Of a DNA stretch of 64,000 nt, positions 39,875 to 48,840 are shown piece by piece. The stretch is taken from the IMG/VR virus record IMGVR_UViG_3300014838_000014, positions 1-64,000 of that record; one strand, written 5' to 3'. Numbering within the stretch: the first letter of the stretch is position 1; each line of letters begins with the position of its first letter. Made by a program: the position numbers and the translations under genes. The notes below the pieces were generated by a model. That model had not been told where the DNA came from and ran no database searches. It saw nothing but the letters and a program-made list of their open reading frames with translations. The stretch is from a virus.

Positions 39875-40828
39875 GTGACGTATGTATCACCAAAGGCACT
39901 AAAACGTGGAGACAACGTAGCGATCATTGCACCCGCTTCTCCGTTCAAATCAGATGAACTGGTCGCGGGGTTGGACATCGTCAGGGAGTGTGGATTGGAA
40001 CCTGTCTTGGGTCCCAACGTTCGTCGTCTAAGGACGATCGATATTCACGCCGCTCCGCTGATGGAACGCGTTGAGGAGCTGATGTGGGCGTACACCGACC
40101 CATCGATCTCAGGCGTCATTACGGTCACGGGTGGAATGGGTTGCGGTGAAACGTTGCCGTACCTTGACTTCGGTGCGATAAGAAGGTCGCGTCGAGTGTT
40201 GCTGGGAATAAGCGACATAACGGCGTTGAACAATGGAATTCTTTCGGGAGCTGAGTTGATCACTATCAACGGTCAATATCCATCGATTCGCGTCGATAAG
40301 GGCGATTCAGTGCGAGAGGCCGACAGCGAATCGCTTAGGACGGTGCTCGATCTCATGATGAGCGGCAAGACATGGCACGACGAGCCGTTCCGTATGAACC
40401 AACAGCTACCACGAACGGTGTCACCAGGTCGGGCCAGTGGGCACGTGATCGGTGGCAACCTCGACACGTTTTGCACGTTGATCGGAACGCCGTTCCTTCC
40501 AAGGCTGGACGGTGCAGTTCTATTTATCGAAGACGTATATAAACAAGGTGAAGCGATCGCGAGGTTATTAATACATTGTAAGCTTGCTGGAGTGTTTGAT
40601 AGAATAGCCGGCATCGTCGTTGGAGAGTTCATTGATGTACCAAAGAAGGAAGAAGCTAGAGAACCTTCGATTGACGACGTAATTCAACAATACCTTTCCA
40701 ATGGTCCGCCTTGTTCGTTTGGGTATAGCTTCAGTCATGGTGACATCACGATTCCAATTCCGATCGGTTCTCAGTGTGAGATGGACGCAGACACAGGAGA
40801 AGTTTCGTTCGATTTTTCAATGTTGTAA
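39875..40828 (+). CDS. S66 family LD-carboxypeptidase (LdcA/MccF-like)
   Basis: 'IIAPAS', 'GISDITAL' (catalytic Ser), 'GGNL', 'LFIED', 'FSHG...IPIG'. Confidence 0.85.
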   Translation: MTYVSPKALKRGDNVAIIAPASPFKSDELVAGLDIVRECGLEPVLGPNVRRLRTIDIHAAPLMERVEELMWAYTDPSISGVITVTGGMGCGETLPYLDFGAIRRSRRVLLGISDITALNNGILSGAELITINGQYPSIRVDKGDSVREADSESLRTVLDLMMSGKTWHDEPFRMNQQLPRTVSPGRASGHVIGGNLDTFCTLIGTPFLPRLDGAVLFIEDVYKQGEAIARLLIHCKLAGVFDRIAGIVVGEFIDVPKKEEAREPSIDDVIQQYLSNGPPCSFGYSFSHGDITIPIPIGSQCEMDADTGEVSFDFSML

Positions 40829-40858
40829 ACTTTGATTTTGTGATGTATTAATTTTAGC

Positions 40859-41836
40859 ATGAAGTGTAAATGTTGTACAAATGATTTTGTACCATGGACA
40901 CGAAAACGTTGTTGTAAGTTAATAAAAACGTTTTGTCTTGAATGTTGTCGCGATGGATTATATAGAATAATATTTGATTGTGTTTGTTGTAATAAACACG
41001 TTGATAAATGGCAAAAGAGTTTTCCTTCGCCGGTAAAGAGAAAATTTTGTTCACCAAGCTGTAAAAATGCACGGGAGCATGCTAACGGTATTAGACGTAA
41101 TTACATTGACAATTCATTTAAAAACGGCAAGACATACGAAGAATTATATGGAATAGAAAAGGCAAAAGAACTTCGCGAATTGAAGTCTAAACAGACGAAG
41201 GGTAAAACATACGAAGAGATTCACGGAATAGAACTTGCATCCGAACTTCGAAAAATTCGTTCTGAACGTTTTACGGGTGAAAAGCATCCAATGTTCGGAA
41301 AGCACCACACGAAAGAAACGTTGGCTAAACTTTCATTAGCACATTTAGGCGAAAATAATGCAATGTACGGCAAGGTTGTGCCAATAATGAGCTTTCGTGG
41401 CAAGTGCGGCATGTTTTGTAATATACCATTTCGTTCAACGTTTGAACTTGCGTTGTTAATACAATCGTCCAATGAACGTTGGATTGAATTCGTAACAGCT
41501 GAACCATTTCATATCAAATATGAATTGATCGTTAATGGAAGCGTAATAAAACACACGTATACTCCAGATTTTTATAGAAGTGACACAAAAGAACTCATTG
41601 AAGTCAAACCTTGTTGGAAGCTTGAACGTAACTTTCAAAGTTGTAATGAAAAACACGAAGCTGCAAAATTATTTTGTGATCAAAACGGTCTTAAATTCAA
41701 GATTATGACAGAAAATGATATTGCTGATGCAACGAAAATTTCGCGGATGACGCACGAACAACTCTGTAAGATTCCAGGCGTTGTTATGAGAGTGAAACCA
41801 CGCAGTGTAAGAACGGAACGATCAGGTGTAGAATGA
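40859..41836 (+). CDS. putative homing endonuclease (NUMOD3-like repeats plus TnsA-like PD-(D/E)xK domain)
   Basis: 'HPMFGKHHTKET', 'NAMYGK', 'FRSTFE', 'YTPDF...LIEVKP'; AT-rich island. Confidence 0.7.
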   Translation: MKCKCCTNDFVPWTRKRCCKLIKTFCLECCRDGLYRIIFDCVCCNKHVDKWQKSFPSPVKRKFCSPSCKNAREHANGIRRNYIDNSFKNGKTYEELYGIEKAKELRELKSKQTKGKTYEEIHGIELASELRKIRSERFTGEKHPMFGKHHTKETLAKLSLAHLGENNAMYGKVVPIMSFRGKCGMFCNIPFRSTFELALLIQSSNERWIEFVTAEPFHIKYELIVNGSVIKHTYTPDFYRSDTKELIEVKPCWKLERNFQSCNEKHEAAKLFCDQNGLKFKIMTENDIADATKISRMTHEQLCKIPGVVMRVKPRSVRTERSGVE

Positions 41837-41843
41837 TTGTACC

Positions 41844-42401
41844 TTGAAGCGAGCGCTTCTTCTGAATGCCGATTGGAGCACATTGAACTTCATCGCCGAT
41901 TGGCGCGCCGTTCTGCTTCACCTGAAGGATCGTGCTGAGATTGTCATCGATTTTAACACGGGTGAACGTAGCGTGTGGCACGATGAAAGCTTCACCAGTC
42001 CAGGTGAAACGATCGGTGCTCCCTTGAAATCGATGAACGTTCCTGCAACGATGAGGTTGAGGAGGTACATTCCAAAAAAATGGCGTACGCCTCATTTTGA
42101 AAAGCGTGTTTTGTTTAATCGTGATTGTTGGTGTTGCCAATACTGCGGAAAGAAGCTTGGATGGAGCACGATTGAGGTCGAGCACGTGTTGCCGCGTTCT
42201 CGAGGTGGAACAACGTCGTGGATGAACTGTGTGTCTGCGTGTCACGCTTGCAACAAGAAAAAGGACAACATGACGCCGAACGAAGCCGGCATGAGGTTGT
42301 TGAAGAAACCCACAGAACCCTTACCGATGCACTTTTGGGACGTTGAAAGGTCGAACTGTTGGCATCCAACGTGGGACACATTTATCGTCCGTGACAAATA
42401 G
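41844..42401 (+). CDS. HNH endonuclease
   Basis: 'RDCWCCQYCG', 'EHVLPRSRGG', 'NCVSACHACNKKK'. Confidence 0.85.
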   Translation: MKRALLLNADWSTLNFIADWRAVLLHLKDRAEIVIDFNTGERSVWHDESFTSPGETIGAPLKSMNVPATMRLRRYIPKKWRTPHFEKRVLFNRDCWCCQYCGKKLGWSTIEVEHVLPRSRGGTTSWMNCVSACHACNKKKDNMTPNEAGMRLLKKPTEPLPMHFWDVERSNCWHPTWDTFIVRDK

Positions 42402-42410
42402 TTACGGAGC

Positions 42411-42791
42411 ATGAGATCAACCATCAAAGAACTCAAACAGGTGATAACAGGAATGTTACGAGAATTTGGATCCCCATCGGGATCGCTTAGGACGGGTGGC
42501 AAGGGAAAGCAACAGTACAAGATCGGTAAGGTTGAACCCGAAAACCAGGAACTGTCGACGGTTCAGGCCGAGAGGATGTTTCCAGAATCGACTGAAGCGT
42601 GGGCGGAGATCGTTCCAGAAACGTATCCTGAGTTTCCATTCGATGATCCTCAGGTCATCAAAGCACGTTCTGCATGGTTCTTGATCGGTGGAAAGTTACG
42701 CGTTGCATTCGCTGACATGCCGCAGATCGAACTGATGCAGTGGAACCCTGAAACGAAGGATTGGTACGAGTTAGATACAAATGAGAATTAG
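42411..42791 (+). CDS. putative virion/late protein
   Basis: MRSTIKELKQVITGMLRE N-terminus; TAGTTA upstream. Confidence 0.55.
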   Translation: MRSTIKELKQVITGMLREFGSPSGSLRTGGKGKQQYKIGKVEPENQELSTVQAERMFPESTEAWAEIVPETYPEFPFDDPQVIKARSAWFLIGGKLRVAFADMPQIELMQWNPETKDWYELDTNEN

Positions 42792-43002
42792 GATCGGTGC
42801 ACTGAGGTACATCATCCGTGAGGTAGCGAACGATTGTTGGGGAGGTTCACGACCTGAGGAAACATACGATGAGGAGCTCGTCGATGATGATGCCTACAAG
42901 AAGCGAAGCGTCATCGTTCCTGATGACATCAAGAAATCTATCGATAAATGGTCATTGGCGATGGGTTTATCAAGTAAATCTAAACGTGCGCGATCACGTT
43001 GA
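42781..43002 (+). CDS. putative virion/late protein
   Basis: MRIRIGALRYIIREV N-terminus. Confidence 0.55.
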   Translation: MRIRIGALRYIIREVANDCWGGSRPEETYDEELVDDDAYKKRSVIVPDDIKKSIDKWSLAMGLSSKSKRARSR

Positions 43003-43034
43003 AACGCCATACTTAGACACCAGCAGAGGCATGC

Positions 43035-44204
43035 ATGCGATTGAACCTCAACGGATTGCAGAACATCGTTAAAAAGTCGCTCGGTGAGCATAAGGCCATT
43101 GAAGCGTTGAGGAATGAAATAACGCGTGTTTTTGGTCCTTCTGTCGTTGCCGAAGGAAAGATAGAAACTGTCGTCGCCGAGGCGAACGATTGGCTTGATG
43201 TTCTACAGAGAACAGGCAGGGACAATCGATTGGATTTTATGTCGAACGTGACGACAGCATTTATGGATCACACAAATCCTGAACTACGACGTTTTGCAGC
43301 TCGAGTGGTGCCGGAGAAGTTTCTTGGCAAGCTTACCAACGATCGTGACAGCGCGGTTAGAGCAGCCGTTGCACAGCGCATTCCTTTACCCGCCGTCGTT
43401 GAGATGATGAAGAAGTTCAGGAACGATGATACGTTGAGGACGATCTACAGGGAACGCAGCAAGAAAACGTCTGTAAATTTGCTTGAATCGGGCGTTAAGG
43501 CTCCTGAGAACGATGGTTTTACGCACCTAAATATTCACGGCGATGAAGCGATTGGCGACGACGCCTCAACGCCAGATGACATTGAATTGAGCGATGCGTG
43601 GTACGATGAACAGGCGAACAATTTCCTGCGAGATTATGGACAGAACATAGAATACGCATGGGAGGAGCTTGCGGTGAGCAGGTTCTGTAGCAGCACCAAA
43701 GCAACGTCTGGGGTCGTTGTTGATGCTGATAAGCTGTTGAAGAGCGTCAAGAAACTGATCAAAGACAAGGAAGATTTAGCGATGGAACGAAACGCACTCA
43801 AGGAAACGTTGGATTGGTTGAAGGATCAGGAAGTTCTACAGGAGACGGGTTTGCCCGAACTCGATGAAGCGATGGATCCAGTTCGACAGCTTGTTGAAGC
43901 AAATCTGACGCCTGATCAGTACATTGAACGTGCGACAGAGCTGTTTCAGGTTCAAGAATCCGTTCTTCCTGCAGCGATTCGCAAGTACAGGTTGGGTGAG
44001 AGCAATCGTCGTGGCACTCACGTACCGATGATTGCATGGTTGCCACACGACGGTGCAATTCGATCGATCGATGAACGTGCTCTCGATGCATTTTGTGAAT
44101 CATGGAACTCTCACCAACGACTTGCGGGTGAACCGATCAAGATTGAATGGTCGACCCACGCGCTTGACATGCGTAAGGTTGGATTCTCTGTCAAGTTGAG
44201 TTGA
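43035..44204 (+). CDS. hypothetical protein with HEAT/LRV-like repeats
   Basis: 'LRRFAAR', 'DRDSAVRAAVAQRI'; TACTTA at 43010. Confidence 0.6.
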   Translation: MRLNLNGLQNIVKKSLGEHKAIEALRNEITRVFGPSVVAEGKIETVVAEANDWLDVLQRTGRDNRLDFMSNVTTAFMDHTNPELRRFAARVVPEKFLGKLTNDRDSAVRAAVAQRIPLPAVVEMMKKFRNDDTLRTIYRERSKKTSVNLLESGVKAPENDGFTHLNIHGDEAIGDDASTPDDIELSDAWYDEQANNFLRDYGQNIEYAWEELAVSRFCSSTKATSGVVVDADKLLKSVKKLIKDKEDLAMERNALKETLDWLKDQEVLQETGLPELDEAMDPVRQLVEANLTPDQYIERATELFQVQESVLPAAIRKYRLGESNRRGTHVPMIAWLPHDGAIRSIDERALDAFCESWNSHQRLAGEPIKIEWSTHALDMRKVGFSVKLS

Positions 44205-44207
44205 TAA

Positions 44208-44783
44208 ATGACGCAGGGGTTCGTTGAATGGATAGGTGATGAAGGCTCGAGTGCCCTACCACGCGTTCCTCACGATTCGCTTCAGAACGATAACGCTCTC
44301 GCTGAATGGTTTGGCGTGGATTACGCAGAGCTATCAGTCATCCTCGTTCACCTGCGGTTCCTGTACGTGCTTCACCAGACGCACCATTGGTCAGCAATGG
44401 GAGATCCATTTTACGGTGATCACCAGCTTTTTCAACGGTTATATGAATCAACGGCTGAACAGATCGATGACGTTGCTGAAAAGGCTGTTGGTATGGGTAG
44501 CGAACGAAACGTTGACCTGTGTACGCAGTTGCAGCAGTTGTTTAAGCTATCAGCAGGAACGGCAACGAACGGGTCGGTGCCACAATCAAGCGAACTCGTG
44601 AGGAGATCGTTGTATGCTGAGAAGAGGTTCGTTGAGCTCATCGGTAACATGTTAGATCGTTTACGAGAGCAAGGTAAATCAACGAACGGCGTAGAAAATT
44701 TGTTGCAAGGCCTCGCAGATGCGCATGAACGTGCTATTTACCTGTTGAAACGTCGGACATTGACACCGGCGATAGGAATGTGA
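44208..44783 (+). CDS. Dps/ferritin-like protein
   Basis: 'HQTHHWSAMGDPFYGDHQLFQRLYE..QIDDVAEK', 'HERAIYLL'. Confidence 0.75.
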   Translation: MTQGFVEWIGDEGSSALPRVPHDSLQNDNALAEWFGVDYAELSVILVHLRFLYVLHQTHHWSAMGDPFYGDHQLFQRLYESTAEQIDDVAEKAVGMGSERNVDLCTQLQQLFKLSAGTATNGSVPQSSELVRRSLYAEKRFVELIGNMLDRLREQGKSTNGVENLLQGLADAHERAIYLLKRRTLTPAIGM

Positions 44784-45250
44784 AGATGACCATGAAAATC
44801 AACGTACACGACCTGAGGAAGTTGGTCAGCGAACAGCTCGGCGAAGAAGAGCTGGCGTTGGAACCCAAGGATGCTGGAAGCGGGAATTGGCGTGATGATC
44901 GGATCGTCGAGCTTGAGGCACTGCTTCAGGCCGCCCACGGTGAGATTTCTGAGCTTGAGGGTAAGATCAAGCAGATGCAGCATGCTGCGGTGTCTAGGGC
45001 ACCAGCAGGGGCTGCTACGGGGGTTCCCGGCGCTCCTAGGGCTCAGCGACCGATGAAGCAACAGTACAGGATCTATGGACGTAAGGGCGCGAACGTCGCG
45101 CACACTCGTATTCATGGTCAGGCGTATGGTGCTCCGCCCAACACGCGGTTCAAGTCCGGCGAAGAAGCCTCCCTTGAGAAGGGCGTCGATGGCAAGATTC
45201 ACGTTCGATCAGGCGATCGAGACCAGGTTTGGGATCCGATCGACGGATAA
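44780..45250 (+). CDS. putative virion/late protein with HTR-x-x-GQAY module
   Basis: KINVHDLRKLVSEQL N-terminus; C-terminal module shared with 56047..57741. Confidence 0.6.
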   Translation: MKMTMKINVHDLRKLVSEQLGEEELALEPKDAGSGNWRDDRIVELEALLQAAHGEISELEGKIKQMQHAAVSRAPAGAATGVPGAPRAQRPMKQQYRIYGRKGANVAHTRIHGQAYGAPPNTRFKSGEEASLEKGVDGKIHVRSGDRDQVWDPIDG

Positions 45251-45276
45251 CACAACGAAGAAGCTTAGCATTGATT

Positions 45277-45312
45277 TGCGGCGTTCGCTTGAATGAGTTG
45301 AACGCCGCATTC
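45277..45312. terminator. hairpin between convergent genes
   Basis: TGCGGCGTTC...GAACGCCGCA inverted repeat. Confidence 0.5.
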
Positions 45313-45324
45313 ACATGAGCGTTT

Positions 45325-45837
45325 TTAAATTTCGCCCTTGTTCTTCATCGACCATGCAACGGCGTATGGGTTGATTTTCTTGGAACCCTTCTTTGCGTTC
45401 TGTCGTTTCAACGCCTTGACGACTTTCCTTCCACCCGGTGGTGCAATTTGATCCATGCTATCGCTTTCGTCAACGTTCTTATCAGGTTGACAATCTGGAC
45501 AAGTACACGATGACGCGTGACCTGGGTGTCTTCCGCCACGTTCGCTTTCGTCGATGTCAACGCCGATCTCTTGCGTTTCGCCGCAGCTAGAACACGTGAC
45601 CTCGTCCATTTCAAGCGTGTCACCGCACCTGCTGCACGTGTTCGTTGATTCGTCGATGCTTTGACACCAACCACGGTTGTTCGAAGCTTCGCCTTTCTTC
45701 GGTTTTCCATTGCGTTCGTCCGCAACGCCCTCGCCAACATCGACCGCATCACCTATGGGTTCGCCGAACCTTTCCAGCAGGTGCTGCATCACAGTTCGCA
45801 ACGTTTCTTCGTCGAGACCGTTCGTTCGTCGTGCCAT
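45325..45837 (-). CDS. hypothetical late protein with Zn ribbons
   Basis: start MARRTNG after TACCTA; CxxC pairs; C-terminal 'NPYAVAWSMKNKG'. Confidence 0.55.
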   Translation of the reverse strand: MARRTNGLDEETLRTVMQHLLERFGEPIGDAVDVGEGVADERNGKPKKGEASNNRGWCQSIDESTNTCSRCGDTLEMDEVTCSSCGETQEIGVDIDESERGGRHPGHASSCTCPDCQPDKNVDESDSMDQIAPPGGRKVVKALKRQNAKKGSKKINPYAVAWSMKNKGEI

Positions 45838-45889
45838 GTAGAGTAGGTATCCGTGTACGACGGGACGTTTAAGTGTTACCATTCTTGAT

Positions 45890-46216
45890 ATGTCCCGTCG
45901 CAAGCACCTCGTGGTGAAGGATTTTGCTCGCATCATGTACAAGCACGATCCAATGCGCTTGAAGAGCCCCGATGAAACAGAATATGATTTTTTCGCCGTA
46001 AGCGTGTTGGCTAGGTTTCTTGAGAGCGGCGAAATCGTTTCTGATGAATCGTTTAATAAAGCACAAACGATCGTTTGTGACGTAGCAAATCTACTCTTCA
46101 GCGAAGAATTGAATATGTCTGACGATGATTTGTCTGCGTTCATTGGTGAATTGTTGACTACGTATAATGATTCATATGACAAGAAAAAGAAACGTGGAAA
46201 AGGAACCGTAAAATGA
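45890..46216 (+). CDS. hypothetical protein
   Basis: 108-aa ORF coupled to the next gene. Confidence 0.55.
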   Translation: MSRRKHLVVKDFARIMYKHDPMRLKSPDETEYDFFAVSVLARFLESGEIVSDESFNKAQTIVCDVANLLFSEELNMSDDDLSAFIGELLTTYNDSYDKKKKRGKGTVK

Positions 46217-47154
46217 GAGTGCTGGTGACGGGCGCGGCCGGTTTCTTGGGATCACACATATGTAACAGGTACCTTGACGATGGAAACGATGTCATTGGTA
46301 TCGATGATTTTTGCTCATCAAGCGAAAAGAGCGATCACTTAAAATCGTTGAAGCAGCGTTCTCGGCACTTCACCTTTTTTGAATGCGATGTGAGCACCGT
46401 TGAAGTTAACGCTCACGTCGATCTCATAATCAATATGGCATGTCCAGCATCGCCGCCGGCATATCAATCGATGCCAGTTCACACCATGATGACGTGTGTA
46501 AATGGCGTGCAGCACATGCTTGAATTAGCTTGTACACACGGTGCAGTGTTTGTTCAAGCGTCGACGAGCGAAGTTTATGGCGATCCAATAAATTCTCCAC
46601 AACGGGAATGTGATTGGGGAAACGTTAACTCATACGGACCACGATCGTGCTACGACGAGGGTAAACGGGCGGCTGAGTCTCTGTGCTATGATTACTTTCA
46701 TTCTCACGGCGTTGATGCAAGGTTAGTTCGAATATTTAATACGTACGGTCCTTGCATGGATCCATGGGATGGTCGAGTGGTGAGCAACTTCATTAGACAA
46801 GCCTTGCAAAACGATCCAATCACGTTGTATGGCACCGGAAAGCAAACCAGGAGTTTTTGTTACGTTAGCGATACTGTTGATGCGATCGTTAGAATGGCGG
46901 CATTGAAGAACAATCCGTTAACGCCGATCAACGTTGGAAATCCGAATGAATTCACGATAATTGAATTGTACGATTTGTTGCGTAAGAAGTTGGGTGACCT
47001 TCGGCTTGAAATGAAGGAATTGCCTGTCAATGATCCAACGGTGCGGCGTCCTGACATCACGTTGGCACGCAACGTTCTTGGATGGGAACCAAGGATTGAA
47101 CTGAGCGAAGGCCTTGATATGACGATAGAACACTTCAGGAGGGTTCTGAAGTGA
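46213..47154 (+). CDS. UDP-glucuronic acid decarboxylase (UXS-like extended SDR)
   Basis: 'TGAAGFLGSH', 'ACPASP', 'ASTSEVYGDP', 'RSCYDEGKR', 'RIFNTYGP', 'DGRVVSNF'. Confidence 0.88.
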   Translation: MRVLVTGAAGFLGSHICNRYLDDGNDVIGIDDFCSSSEKSDHLKSLKQRSRHFTFFECDVSTVEVNAHVDLIINMACPASPPAYQSMPVHTMMTCVNGVQHMLELACTHGAVFVQASTSEVYGDPINSPQRECDWGNVNSYGPRSCYDEGKRAAESLCYDYFHSHGVDARLVRIFNTYGPCMDPWDGRVVSNFIRQALQNDPITLYGTGKQTRSFCYVSDTVDAIVRMAALKNNPLTPINVGNPNEFTIIELYDLLRKKLGDLRLEMKELPVNDPTVRRPDITLARNVLGWEPRIELSEGLDMTIEHFRRVLK

Positions 47155-48059
47155 CAATTTACATGTACGTGCATCCTGCGTATGCAGATTGCATTTTTTA
47201 CTCACAAACGACGGCGTTGTTCACGTCGTTAAAGCAGGCAGGCGTTGTGATTGCCACTGGAGACGACGAATTTTCTAAGTGTTTGCCGTTGCCGAGTGAT
47301 AAGCTTATCACGTATGGTGTTTTTGACAACGTTTCTGCGCTGGTTGAACGATGGTTCCTACCCGAGAACAGGTGGATGTTCGTCGTTGATGAGCAGGGTG
47401 GAGGAGACAACGGACCTTATTCAAGAGCGTTGAGTTACATGCAGAAACGTGACGCGAAGAACATCCTCGTGACGTATCAAAACGCAAAGGACCTTATGTT
47501 TTTGACGAATTCAGGAGTCAGGTTCTCAATCATGCCTCATTGTGTCCTCAACGTGAGACAGTTGACGAACAAGACAAGGGATGTGATCGTGTCGGGACAG
47601 TTCGATCAAAACTACTACCCAGTTCGAACTCGCGTCGCCGGTTTGATTCAGGGATACCTCAAGAACAACGTTGAGGTTCTTCCACATCCTGGGTTCGAAA
47701 TTTCAACGGCTCATCACAACTTGTACGGTGAGAGGTACTTCGAGCACGTTGAAACGTTTCGAATGGGCGTTGTGTGTAAAGCCGGTTGGCACGATCGAAT
47801 GGTGGGTAAATACATTGAGTTCGGTGCGTGTCACGTGCTTCCCATCGGTGATTGTCCGTCGTACATGCCTAAGGCAATGAAAGAATCGATGCTCGATGTT
47901 TCAGAGATGAAGGACGCCGACTTAATTTCTGAGGTCGCACGATTGTTGGCGACGCCGGATGAGTTGAACCAACGAATCGAAACGTATTCTGAATGCGTTG
48001 CAGCATATTACACTGCTTTGCCTAATGCCCGCCGCGTCGTTGAGGAGATCAGCTCTTGA
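47151..48059 (+). CDS. putative glycosyltransferase (GT-B-like)
   Basis: 'YPVR', 'HPG', 'KYIEFGAC..LPIGD' C-terminal motif; follows the UXS-like gene. Confidence 0.5.
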   Translation: MTIYMYVHPAYADCIFYSQTTALFTSLKQAGVVIATGDDEFSKCLPLPSDKLITYGVFDNVSALVERWFLPENRWMFVVDEQGGGDNGPYSRALSYMQKRDAKNILVTYQNAKDLMFLTNSGVRFSIMPHCVLNVRQLTNKTRDVIVSGQFDQNYYPVRTRVAGLIQGYLKNNVEVLPHPGFEISTAHHNLYGERYFEHVETFRMGVVCKAGWHDRMVGKYIEFGACHVLPIGDCPSYMPKAMKESMLDVSEMKDADLISEVARLLATPDELNQRIETYSECVAAYYTALPNARRVVEEISS

Positions 48060-48096
48060 TGTTGTATACTTAGAACCAGAAGAAGGAGATCGAACA

Positions 48097-48447
48097 ATGC
48101 TAAATCCACTGAAGACCTGCTTGTGTGCGTTAACCATCGCGTGTGTCACTGCGTGTACTGCTGCCGAACTCACCACCGCGAAGGCAATAACTGCCGTTGT
48201 AGGACAGGTGTGCGAGGTTGTGTTCGTTTCTGCAGATCCAGCGTTGGCTCCACTGTGCACGACCGCCGTTGAACTCGAGAATGCGATTCAGCAGGCGATA
48301 AATGAATTTCAGACGACCGTCGTCGATGGTGGCGTTGCCAGCTCCGCTCCTGCCGCGAAGCAGCACGTTCCAGCAAACAACGAAGTCTATGCTACGTTGC
48401 TGAAGCGAGGGAACAGCAAGGTTCTTGCGTACACGGTGAAGAAATGA
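48097..48447 (+). CDS. putative lipoprotein
   Basis: signal peptide with lipobox-like 'VTAC'; AAGGAG SD; TACTTA upstream. Confidence 0.5.
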   Translation: MLNPLKTCLCALTIACVTACTAAELTTAKAITAVVGQVCEVVFVSADPALAPLCTTAVELENAIQQAINEFQTTVVDGGVASSAPAAKQHVPANNEVYATLLKRGNSKVLAYTVKK

Positions 48448-48731
48448 TCGTCACTCAGCTCAATGCGGTCGACATCGCTAGCTACCTCGCTGCAGGCCTT
48501 CTTGCCTCTTCGAAGCTGTTAGACGCTGCTAAACCTGTGTGGGATAGGTTTCCAAAATGGTTGGCAGTTGCAATTCCTGTCTTTGTGCTTGATATTCCTC
48601 AGGTGACGCAGGCGCTCATGACGGTTAATTCGGGTGTAGGATTGACGGCTGCATTGTTAACGTCAGTTGCGCTTTTGCTTCCTGGCATTGAAAAGGCAGA
48701 AGCTGGAACGGTGACCGTTTCAAAGCAATAA
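48444..48731 (+). CDS. small membrane protein (holin-like candidate)
   Basis: 95 aa with 2-3 hydrophobic segments. Confidence 0.4.
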   Translation: MIVTQLNAVDIASYLAAGLLASSKLLDAAKPVWDRFPKWLAVAIPVFVLDIPQVTQALMTVNSGVGLTAALLTSVALLLPGIEKAEAGTVTVSKQ

Positions 48732-48749
48732 AGCGATCAAAGCTTGCTT

Positions 48750-48779
48750 ATGGGCCCTGTTTTGGGCCCATTGTTTTTA
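48750..48779 (+). terminator. rho-independent terminator
   Basis: ATGGGCCC-TGTTTT-GGGCCCAT followed by TGTTTTT. Confidence 0.65.
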
Positions 48780-48840
48780 AGCGTTGTGTAAACGTGTGGT
48801 CCGTTGTGGTACTGTTCAACCATGGACTCGATAACAATAA

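Noticed and set aside
45838-46182. 5' extension of minus-strand ORF 45325..46182
   Set aside because: Antisense to the plausible + gene 45890..46216; ATG 45837 has the late-type motif upstream.
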